A stretch of DNA of 64,000 bases from Balanoglossus misakiensis. Taxonomy: Eukaryota > Animalia > Hemichordata. The DNA is taken from assembly GCA_040954595.2 (NCBI GenBank), contig CM082588.2, positions 8,168,844 through 8,232,843 on the forward strand, given 5' to 3'. Shown piece after piece: positions 20,305-32,400 of the stretch (its first letter is position 1; each line of letters opens with the position of its first letter). The notes under the pieces were generated by a model. The model ran no database searches. It was not told the DNA's origin and was given only the letters and a program-made list of their open reading frames with translations. A program made the position numbers and the translations under genes.

Positions 20305-23300
20305 TGAAATGGCTACATCAGAGATTCAAGGCAAACAAACCATACAACATGTAATTTGTACCTTCATCAGAAATGCATTTTGGTCACAGTTCAGTAGAGT
20401 GGCAAAATTCAGAGATGAGAATTTCTATGGTTAGTGGTGTTTTACGTAAACTAGGCCAAAGACTATTTAGAACGTGTTACTGTAAAATGGGAAATTTTCG
20501 CGATATCAAAAGAGGCAACTGTTATGCAACTATTAATTTTCGCGTTCTCTTATTTCACTAGATTGTTAACATTTTTAACGCAACTTTTTTATTTTTGTGT
20601 TTTGTTTTTTTTTGCTCTGGTGTAGTTTTTGAAAATTTATCATTCCCGAAAGTTTCCCGATTTACAGTAATAGAAGAGATGGTGGATTTTCTCTCTGTAT
20701 ATATCAGTGCAAGAGGTAATCAAGTTTTCCAAAAAAGTGTAAAGTTTGGTACATCATTTCAAACTTAATTTTGCATATTACTCAGTTTCAGAACTGAATG
20801 AAATGCAGTCATTCCCTACTATTAACATTAACTGTACAGTTCTGAAATGAGAGTTGTATAAAATGTGCGATGGACTTGTCAAGTGAATTGAACACGAAAA
20901 AAAAACTGCCAAGGAAGAAAAGCTTTGAAAATGTTAAGTGTGGATACAAATGTCTATTATGACCCATTCTATAAGTTGGGGTAGCTTTGCATATTCCGAA
21001 ATTCAGACTTCCATTTTTTCATTTTTCATGAAATGCAGTAAGAACGTATATTTTGCTGTATATTGGTTTCTGTATATTTCAGATACATGTACTAAGAGTT
21101 TTTGAGTTCATACAAATCAAGGTATGGCTCATTTATTGTATATAAAAATGTATAAATACTCAGTATAATTTTAAAAAATGTAAGATTATGAAAACTGTAA
21201 AAAAAAATACTCAAAACTAAGAAAACTACATAAAAGCTTTACAAAAACATGATATATGATCATATATATACATACATATATATAAAATATAAATATACAT
21301 ATATATATATTTGCAGGGATCAATCCTAAAAATCAGGGCTTGACAACTACAGTATTCTTCTGGTTTCTATGGAAACATATCATCTGTTGATTTTTCAAAC
21401 AATGTTGTGCCTAAAAGTACCTCTTGCATGTGTTAAGCATATCATGTGTGAGCCCTGATTGTTAGGCAGATGGTTACCTGTTTAGATTCATTCAGTGGCC
21501 AATTTCCATTTGTGGCCACCAGTTCTGTACATACTTATTCCAGAATCAGGTTGTTTGACCTTTAACCTCTCGTAAGGACACGGCAACAGGTGTATCTTTT
21601 AAGAAAAAAAACTCGCAAAACCTGTTCATAGAACGCAGATCATTATTATTTCAGTCCGAGTATCCAGAGCTCATTAAATTATTTAAACTAAAACCTGTGT
21701 GTGTGTAGCAGTGTGTCTTACTTGTGGTCCATGCTGATGAGATGTTTGGCTTGTTGTAAGTTGATTGTATGTAAATGTGTATGCAATGTGCATTGTGTGA
21801 ATGTGTTTCATCTGGGCGGGGCCTGGGAGCTTCAACCCCCTGCTGACATATTGGCACCCCCCAAGCAATTTGTCAAGGGGTGACCACTGCCCTGCAAAAT
21901 GATTTCACTGGCATGTTGGAGATATGTACATCGCCCCCCCCCCCCCCCCTTGCCATAATGGAATCTCCCCCCTCCCCGATTTTCTGGCAAAGGTGGACAT
22001 ATCCCCCCTGTTAGTGTTGATGCCATCCTGGATGGAACAACACTGGTACCATGGATGGCTATCTTGTGGGAAACCTGAGAAGTGGATGATGATGCACTGG
22101 CAAACAAGAAAGCCAAAAATGTGAAAAATGGCCAGGATTTTTTTTAAATTAGAAAAAAAAATGGATTTATCGTCTGTGTTTCCTCCAGCTTATTAAATTT
22201 TGTAAATTTCCGAATTGGTTTCTGAAACTTTCAGAAGTACATTTTAGATTTTATCAGTTGCCATGTTTTGAACAAACTTGAATGCCTCTTGTTGAGCTGG
22301 CTGATGCGTGGGTGAGACAGGTCGATCTGACAATGGAGCAAAAACTGATGTACCCCCGTGACCTTGTGACGCGGCGGTCAGAAATGCTGTTCATGTACAT
22401 TGGACTGTTCTATGGGATAAAGATCAACACAATTGTACTATCCAGTAAAACGTGCGTATGTTATTTACTGAAATTTCTTTTTTGTTAAGGAGTTTAACAC
22501 AACTTTTGTCACTATGCCTAATGCATATTGTTGACAACTCCATGAACATCTGTAGTGCATCCATGCAATGCACATATCAGCATATGATTGACCTTGTATG
22601 ACCCCTAGCTTGCCTCGCTAGGCATCAAACAATGGTTGGCCAGGTCATCACTCAAAAAAAATAAAGTAATAAAAGAGTTCTTATCAAAACAGAAGGCTGA
22701 TCTCCGATAGCTGGTATAGTCCTGCATGAATGACACCATGTTGAGCCAGTGGTGCAAAGATTTCTGTCAACCAGATGACACTGGTGATTTTTATTTGCAG
22801 ACATGGATCTTATGTTAACAGATGAGTTGTTAGTAATACACAATACATGTACATATGGGGGGGGGGGGGGATTGACCTATGACCCCACTTCCTCTTATGT
22901 GGGGCTTGCTTGCCTCATGTTTCATGATAGATGACAGCAAGAAGTTTCTTTTTCCTTGTTTCATTTTGCTGTGGCTGCCAAATTTAGCTTTGGACCACCG
23001 CAATTTAAGGTTTGGTGGTCCACATGGACCACCATGTTTAAAAATTTTGAACCCTGTTGTGGCTCTTGGGGGGGGGGGGGGGGGGGGGGGCGAGTGGAGT
23101 GCCCTCAAAGGGGGGTACATGTAATAATAAATAAAGTTTCAGAGTTGTGACCTTTGACATCAAACTTCCTATCCCATCAGCCTGTGTTCTTACCAGTGAT
23201 CCCCTCAAAGTTGAATCTGTTCACTGTTGTCCAATATCAGTTCCAACTCAAAGCAATACGTGTCAGTGGTACTTCTAATCATATTGCAGACATACCAACT

Positions 23301-24948
23301 TTTTGAGACAACGATGATCTTAGCCCAATCTGATTAATATCAGATGTAGGGAATGTCGACGTGGTTTTTGACAGCATAAAAAACAACAACACATTGCCGT
23401 TCCCTACATCTGCCAAAATCATACGACAGAAAAGTGACTCACTATTCAATGTCACTCATGACTGGTAATTTCACCATTTTTCAACTACATGTAGTTTGGC
23501 TTTGTTCTGTGTTCATCAGCAACAGTTAGAAATGTTGGCTCGTTGAAAAAAACACCAATTTTTTAGGTACCCAACACACTTGTTAGTTGCTTGTTCACTT
23601 GCTGTACTCAAGCAGAATACTCCCCAGGCACAGTGTGGGATAAAAGCACTGAGGTTGGCAAACATCACCTTCCTAGCTGCTGGCCTAGACTTGCTCCAAG
23701 TCTATGGGCTTCATTATGTGTAGGGAACGCGTAGGCCCATACGCTACCCGAAACCACAAGCTCAGTCCCAAATTCGAAACTCACCTCACTACCAAAAACA
23801 CGCTTAAGGCAAGCATGCACGCAAAAAGTATTGAAATTATTTATTAAGACAAAAAACAACATCGAAAACACATTAAGTATTGAGATTTAAAAATCACCAA
23901 GCGACTATAGGGCTAGTCTACTGTTGGCCTTAACATTGGCCATTCTAGAACTGAAACTGCACCACATAATTAAAGTAAAAGGATTTTATAGGTTGGAAAT
24001 ACGTTAAAACAGGAAATTTTCGCGATTGATAAGTTTTTGTGAAGTACGCAAGACCAAAAAAACGCAGAAATGAAAGGTCGAGTATAATGTTTTTCAGAGA
24101 TAACAATGCAGAATCACAAGTACCATATATACAAGCAGACCTCCGACCATTGACACCGCAAGGTTATCAGTTCAATCAACATCATAAAAGCTGACATCAC
24201 TGTCGTTTCATTTTTGATCTGGTCATGTTGCGTCCAATGTCGGTTGTTGAACCTGGCAACAAGAACTAGATAATTTCCTTCTAACCGAGTATCAGGTGGG
24301 ATGTTTTTTTTATAATTTGCAAGATTTATTACTCTGTCATAGTACTTCAATCAAAACAATGGGTGAGTCTGTAGAACAACACAAATGCTGTATTCGATCA
24401 ATCTACAGTGTGCACTGTAAACAAAGTGTAAAAACGAGGTTTCTGTATTTTTCATGGATATGGGACCTTGACCTTTATTTATGTCATCACTGCACAACAT
24501 TGCAGCTATTTTTGGTTGTTATATTGAAACAAATTAAAGGTGTACGGTCACCCATGGAGAAATAGCTATAATTACCATGGCAAATTGAGATCTAGCCAAT
24601 CACAGATTTACAGTGGGTGGCACACACGATAAAAAGAGCGCCACCATACGTTCTTTAGAACACTCATATACGCCATTTCAGCCATATATGGGCGTATGTA
24701 AATTGGAGGTGACTGTATACCTTTAACCCAGGGCATGACACTTTAACAGATCTAATGTATTCTGGGAAAGTTTCTTCCTGGTAATGTTCAAAGGAAACAT
24801 TTTGAACTAGTTCTGGGACAAATATTTGCATGGCAAATAGTTTATAGTGTTGACATGTTCTTGTGTATATCTCGTTGGAACAGCACAACTATAGAATATA
24901 TTATTGACTTTAGGAAAAATGAAGACATTTGTCATCTAACATTATCAC

Positions 24949-25270
24949 ACATACATACATGCATCCATCCATACATACATGTACATAGATACATACATAC
25001 AAGTACATACATAGATACATAGATACATACATACATAGATACATACATACATGTACATACATACATACACTTTGGCTCTCGGCAAGTGATTTTTACCCTG
25101 ATGAAGTGGGATTAATCCCACGAAACGTCGGAAATAAAATTAGTTTGCATTGAAGAACATTGTGTCCAAGAGTTGGTGCTTCTTGACCACTTCATTCTAT
25201 ACATACATGCATAGATACATAGATACATACATGCATACATACATACATACATACATACATACATACATAC
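24949..25270. repeat. (ACAT/AGAT)n microsatellite interrupted by a ~125-bp insert
   Basis: Repeat at 24949-25070 and 25198-25270 with unique sequence between. Confidence 0.9.
25090..25139 (+). ncRNA. Minimal type-I hammerhead ribozyme motif in a Penelope-like fragment
   Basis: CC-CTGATGA-A-GTGGGATTAATCCCAC-GAAA-CG-TC-GG, followed by AATAAA. This matches the minimal hammerhead layout of Penelope-like elements. Confidence 0.7.
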
Positions 25271-25303
25271 AATGATACAGTGATCATACATTTGTTTGGT
25301 GCA

Positions 25304-25316
25304 AATAAATTTTATT
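25304..25316. terminator. Back-to-back poly(A) signals; the minus one is the likely CEP85 site
   Basis: AATAAA on + at 25304-25309 and on - at 25311-25316. A GU-rich (TATG)n tract follows on the minus strand. Confidence 0.45.
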
Positions 25317-26442
25317 CTTTTTCCATCATGATGATTTTTATACCCAAGTATGAACTCAGATTTAGTGACAGTTGTTTTTACATTTTAAATATATATACAA
25401 AGAGATCCCATTCGTCAACATTTCATAAACATAGCATCCAGGAAAGTGTGGTCCCATCTAGGGATTACAAAGAATTAGGTGTACACTGGAACAGTGGAAT
25501 ATTATCACAGGCGACATCCGTAAGCAGATACGACCTAATTTGAAATGTCAAAGTACATGTACATGTAATCTGACAAGCAGTTTCAGAGAAACAATACTTA
25601 TTCAACAATGGCAAAAACTGCCCCAAAACACAAATATCCCCAAAATTGTACAATATTTTACTTCAGTCAGTCAGTCGACACGAGCAACATGCCTATCAAA
25701 TTTCACAGCAATCTGACAAGCGGTTTCTGGTAAAAAAACAACACTTTTTTTGACCAAATATTGCAACAAGTGGTCCAGCTTAGTTGATGTATTGGAGAAA
25801 TTATGCAGCATGCCAAATGTACATGTATATGTAATTGTAAAATAAACTCAACTGTATAGAAATAACTGAACAATCAAAAAAGAACAGGAGAAAAATAATA
25901 GCAACAAATACAATATTGAAACTATAAATAGAAAAGTCCAGCTACCAGGAAATGAAAAATAGAAAAGTTTGGTGGCGTACATCCATCAAGTAATATCTTA
26001 ATTTTCACAACAAAGAAACAATAGCAAAGTCAGCAGAATGTGTTCTATGATAAGTGAAGCAAATATACTCTCAAAATGTGAAATTTGGCCAAAAATTATT
26101 GTAAATCTGCAAGAATAATATTCCTCAAAAACTGAGTGGTGTATAAAATAGAGATTTATGAGAAAAAAGTAATATTTTTCATATAATATTACACATTTTC
26201 TCAGTAGAGGGAGTACTGTAAAACACTTATTTTCGTGAGCAATAAATTTTCGAAATACGCGAGAGCCAAAATAGCGTGAACTTTTTTGGAAGACAACGAT
26301 GCAGTGAATGAAATAAGAGAACGCGAAAATTAATACTCGTGAACAGTGGCCTCTCTCGATATCATGAAAATTTCAACTCGCAAAAATAAAGTGTTTTACA
26401 GTATTTTTTGCATCAGTTGTGCGGTACATTGGCAAGTCACGC

Positions 26443-29400
26443 TTATTGAGTAATGCAATTGTCTCCAATATCTTCTGCATATTTGTCCGAGATGACACCG
26501 CGCAGTTTTTCGATTTCATGACGCATTTCCCGAATCTGGACGAGTTTCTGCTTCATGCTTTGAATACTGGTGAGATCGCGATCTTCTCTCTCTTCAGGTA
26601 ATGCTGCTGCTGATGAAGCTGTGGACAGATGGAGAGAGGAAAATCTGTTACTGACGCTGTAACAAGTAGTGCTCACTATCATAACACAATCACCACCAAT
26701 TATTAAAGGGACAAAGTCTCTCTCGCTGCCATTTTGCCATTAATTATGTTTGACACAAGACACCATTTTATGTTATTCTACATGTGGATATAGAGTGAAT
26801 TAACGTTCGACCACACACGCCTTCCATCCCGTTTGTAGGATATGAGAGTAAAAATCTCGCCAAAATGAATAAACGGTAAACACCAATTATTCATTTTGGC
26901 GAGTATTTTCACTCTCGTATCTTCAAGTGGGAAGGAAGGTGTGTGTGGTCGAACATTGATTCACTATATATCCACACGTAGAATAACATTGACAGTGTCT
27001 TGTATCAAACATAATTAATGAAAACAGGGCAGCGAGAGAGAGACTTTGTCCCTTTAAAATGAAATACATGTATGTATTACTAGCAGAACTGAAGTGTCTA
27101 CTTTATTAATGCAATGCTATGGAAACATAAAATATGTAGGTAACATGCATGCCACCTTAAAGGTAATACCTACATCTCAGTCCAAGTAACATAGATATGT
27201 TAGGATCCTTTCCTTCAGCTCTCTGTGTGCAAATCTGTATGATTCCTTGCAGATCCAAGATCCCCTCAGACATCTCCTTCAGTAGTTTCTCATAAACATT
27301 CATGGTTTCTGAAGACAATGATTGCTCGTAGTCCAGGATTTTCTCTTGTAAAGTCATATTGTGGTCGTACAGTTCCTGGCTTTGAGCGGCTAACTGTAAA
27401 TTTGAATGGTCAGAGTGAAACGAAAAGATTCATAAACAGGTGAGTGTATATGTTCGACACTGCTGGGCAGCGACTGCTTATAGAATTTGTGGCACTCGGA
27501 GACAAGTTTATGTACCATTATGGGAGTTGTTGATCCCTGTGGTATCAGCTTAGACAGTAAACAACTCTGAAACAATCACCTCACAGGGCCTTGGGGAATG
27601 GTTCTGCTAACATGAATAGCTATTCTTTGCTGCACCCTGTTGAAAACTGGACATCAATTCAGTTGCTGTTCAATGTAAACAGCTGGTTCAAAGGCGATCA
27701 AATCTGCTATCAGGCATGGCACAGTGTGGTGTACGATCTGATAATCTGAAATATGGCATATCTGTTGCGGCTCATTAATACTGACATTTTCTAGAGTTAG
27801 AGCTACTGTCCCTTGATCTTAACCCTAACGCTGCCAAGTCGGTTGAAACTGGTTTGATCTCCAGGGTGCCTAGAATCCAGGCTCCCAGGCCTGTTAGACT
27901 GCCAAGTGCGTGTTAATCAGTAGGGCCTATACAAACCAAACCAGTACAATTTGGTACATTTTATGGGGGTTCAAACTGCCAAGTGTGTCTAAGTATGTAT
28001 GAGAGCCATGTCAAGACAGTCAAAATATGTTTTAGAAGAAAAAATGGGCACATACGTATTTTAAAAGACTTCACACTCTAAACAGGTATGACACACAGTA
28101 GTGCTAGGGTTTTAATCTCTGTATTGTTGCAATTTTGAGTTTTCCTAGCTTTCATCTTCCAGATGTCGAGTACTCATACACACATACCTCTTTCATGGAA
28201 GACTGCATTTTCTTCAATCCCTCTTCTTTTGATGACAATGCTTCTTTCAGTGCTGTTACTGTGTCTTCTTCTTGTTGAACTCTTTCCTCCAATTGTTGCA
28301 TTTCAACTTGGTGTTTATTCTGTAGAACTTTCATTTTGCTGTGCTTGCTTTCTATTAGCTGTTAAATAAAAAAAAAAGTCAAGATTAACTTTATTTTATG
28401 ACCAGCCGATCAATAATTTTACAGTTAAAGTTTTGAACTTTCTTTTCTCATAAATGTAGCAGTTTAAAGTTATCCTGGTATTTCATAAAACAATTTCACA
28501 AATCAACATTTCTACACATTTCAACCAAAGTTCTACCTTTTTCAGTCTTTCACACTCTGCATTGAGTTGGTTACGTTGATATTTCAATTCATCGATGTCG
28601 TCATCGGTTTCATCCTTTGCACTTTTCATTGACTGTGATTTTTTTATTTTCAGTTGAGAGACTTTGTCTTGAAGCCTGCAGATGAAAGAGTCAAAAAATA
28701 CCATCAAGGATACTGGGTTCTCACACTCCTGGCATGCTGGGAGTGTGGGATCAGAGTGTGAGAACAAATTGATCACTTACTCTCACTGAATTGACAGCTG
28801 TATATAACACGCGTGCTGATTGGATGACAAAACGTCGTTTAGTATAATGTGCGCTAAATGTAATCCAATGGCGCGACGTGTATAATACGGACGGAGACTA
28901 CAACGTGCCAAACAGTTCCAGTCATTTCTTCAATGTTTTTGATACGAATTTGGCTAATTAGTGACCGTGTGAGAAATATAATCTCACACACCAAGGACCT
29001 GGATCTCACACCGTCGGTACAGTACCGTTTATTCATTTTTACTCTCATATAATACAAGTGGGATGGAAGTTGTGTGTGGTTGAACGTTGATTCACTATAT
29101 ATCCACATGTAGAATAACATAAACAGTGTCTTGTATCAAACATAATTAATGGAAAAAGGGCACTGCAGAGAGAGAGAGAGACTATGTCCCTTTAACATAC
29201 AGTAATTTCATGAGGGGAACATGCATAGTCACACACACACAAAAAAAAGACATACCCTTCTACATCAATCTTCAGATCACTGTGTTTACTTTCCAGAGCC
29301 GTGATTTTGATGTCTTTCGATCTTATTGTCCTCTTAGCATCACTCAATGCTTTCTCAAGCTGGCTGATTTTCTCCTGGAGTATTGAATCTTTATCTTTCA

Positions 29401-32400
29401 ACTGTCTCAAGTACACATTAAGGTTAAGGAAAAATCTCAAATATATTACAGATGGAATTATTTTGTAACAAGTACCTCCATTCACTGATGCAAGGACAGT
29501 CACTGTAAATTTTAAAGGGAATACTAAGCGGTAAATTTCTATTCAATATGTAATGGTGAAATATCCAGTATCAACACAGCCTGTGTGTGTATGTAAATGT
29601 GTGTGTATGTTTCATATTTTTGGCAGTGATACATACACACACCACAGAAATAGACCACTTGTTATAAAGCTCCCCTGGTATATATACAAGTATACCAAAT
29701 AGTCAAACTACACTGACGGTTAGTAACTTTTCATATTTCGGGCTATCTATTATCCACACAATATTTTTTTTCTGCTAATTTTTGAAGTAACTAAAGGATT
29801 ATTTTTCACATTAAATACTATGGTCACAAGTATTAAATCAATGTACTATGCGATGCATGCTTTCATAGAACTGCCTCTTTAAAAACACCATGACCACAAC
29901 TATATTGATTCTTAAAGGATATTTGTTCTATTTGCTTGATGTGTTCTTCAGCAGTCGGCAAATCTTCCAGGTATTTTTCCAGAGTATCTTTTTTGTTTCG
30001 CAGTTTGTCAAATGTTGCCGACACTTTTTTCCATTCGCTCTCTAATTCCAGAATTTTCTCTTCTTTTGCATTGAGCTGCAAGAATACAATGGAAATGGTT
30101 AGTGTCGATCTAAAATAAACGCTTAATTTCACACACAATATCTTAGCCTTAGGTTGTAGATTCTGGTTACAAAAATTGTATACAGTCAATATACCATATA
30201 AGGCTGTGTGCTGTCCTAACGACAGACAAGATGGCGGCGACCATAGTCTGTGTTGGAAGATCGGGAAACGATGGCAGATTGGATGAATAGAAGGGACAAA
30301 ACTAAAGTCTTCTTATACGGTGAGCATGAAATATGGAAGGAAGCGAAGGCAGTCCACTATCTGAATGTGTCGAACGCAAAATTTACAGAACATTTGGATT
30401 GGACGTAATGTTTGTACACACAAAATTGTTCACATGTGCAAAAGACAATCATCAGCCTTTAACCCTAATGCTGCCAAGTCGGTTGAAACTGGTTTAATTT
30501 CCAGGGTGCCTAGAATCCTGGCTCCCAGGCCTGTTAGACTGCCAAGTGTGTGTTAATCAGTAGGGCCTATACAAGACCCTCAAACCAAACCAGTACGATT
30601 TGGTACATTATTTGGGGGGGGGGGGGGGGGGGGACTTGCTTGCTATGTGAATTAGTGTGCTGGGCTGGGTTTCAAAGCTGTAAAATACAAGTCATATACC
30701 AGAGATTTATATTCATCAGCGTCTTTCTTTTTATCCAGAGCAAGTTGTCTTAATGCTGCTTTGGTTTCTTCTAATTCAGCCTCAGTCTCTCTGCAATGAA
30801 GAGTACCATATAAATTGTAAGAGATTGTAGAGGGAGAATGGACAGGGGACTGTACCTATTTCTGTTCGGACCTTGTGATAATCAGGCAGACTACTGATGT
30901 CTTAAACCGTGTTCACACTGGGTAAAACTAGAAATGTTTCAGAGACACTTTGCTATTTGTAAACACATATAGTTACTGACCACTATTCTTTACTATCAAT
31001 CACGTGATCTGGCCATTGTAACCCATGGCGCAGTCATTTCCAGATGACGGGCAAGCAATATTTCGGCATCCAGTAAAAGTTTTTCCGAGTATGTTTTTAC
31101 TTCAGAACCGCCAAACACGTAACATGTATCAGCTATGTTGCCTCATCAGCCTCATGGCGTTTCGTCTGCAAAGTTTTTGTCTGCACCACATTGCTGAAGT
31201 TGCCCGTCAGCTGGAAATTTGAATGCCAACGTAACTGCCACCTGAGCGCGTCTGACGTCATTTGATATCGAAGAATAGAATTGGTGAATTACTTTGCAAC
31301 ACTTACCCAAGTTTACCACTGAAGTGATAGACATCTGATTCTTGTTTTGATGCCAACTCTGTTATGTGAGCTTTCAAGGAAGCATTTTCATACTGGTATT
31401 CTTGCAGTTTCAAAGCCAGAACATCACTCTCTTCATAATACCTTGTCATCAGGCGATGTCTCTCACTTGCCTCTTGCTCTCTGAGGATATCTTTGAGGTT
31501 GTTGATTTCCATTTTTTTCCTGCAAGTATTAAACATTTAAGTTTGTTCATCTGTCAGTGCATCTACAGTGATGATGTGCATATACATGGTCTTGAAAGCA
31601 GAGCTTGAAGACAATTGATGAGTTCGAACGTAATGGCAAGTTTCCTGTTTCAAAATGAGTTTTATTCATAAAAACTTCCGACGTTTCGATTCTACACAGG
31701 TGATCGAGCTCAGGGAGAAAACACTGAAATGCATTCCACCCTAACACTGCCAAGTCAGTTGAAACTGGTTTGATTTCCAGGGTGCCTAGAATCCTGGCTC
31801 CCAGGCCTGTTAAACTGCCAAGTGTGTGTTATTCACTAGGGCCTATACATGTACAAGACCCTCAGACCAATACAGTACAAACCAGTGCGATTTGGTACAT
31901 TTTCGGGGGGGGGGGGGGGGGGGGGCTCAGACTGCCAAGTGTGTGTTAATCAGTAGGGCCTATACAAGACCCTCAGACCAATACAGTGCAAACCAGTGCG
32001 ATTTGGTACATTTTACAGGGGGCTCAGACTGCCAAGTGTGTCTAAGTACGTATGAGAGCCATGTCAAGACAGTCAAAATACGTTTTAGAAGAAAAAGTGG
32101 CAAATATGTATTTTAAGGGACTTGACACTCTAAACAGGTATGACACCCAGTAGCATTAGGGTTTTAATGGAGTACAAAGCTAACATGTATACGACCATGT
32201 TCCTAGAAACCCACCACCCTGAATCATCATGTTCTGATTTACATACAATTTGCATAAATCAACAAAACTTACCTTTCAATGATCATGTCTTTTTCTTGCA
32301 TAAGACTGTCTTTTACTCGTAACAATGCGTCTAATTTCCCTTGCTCTGTGACAGAACTTTGATAAGGTAACCTAGCGTAGGTTGACCCATGGCCTACATG

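Noticed and set aside
21830-23120. Poly-G/poly-C tracts as functional G-quadruplexes or Pro/Gly-rich ORFs
   Set aside because: Similar homopolymer runs are scattered through the window, mostly in repeat relics, and their lengths are error-prone.
23595-23760. Possible SINE or tRNA-derived fragment
   Set aside because: No convincing A/B boxes or cloverleaf and no second copy in the window.
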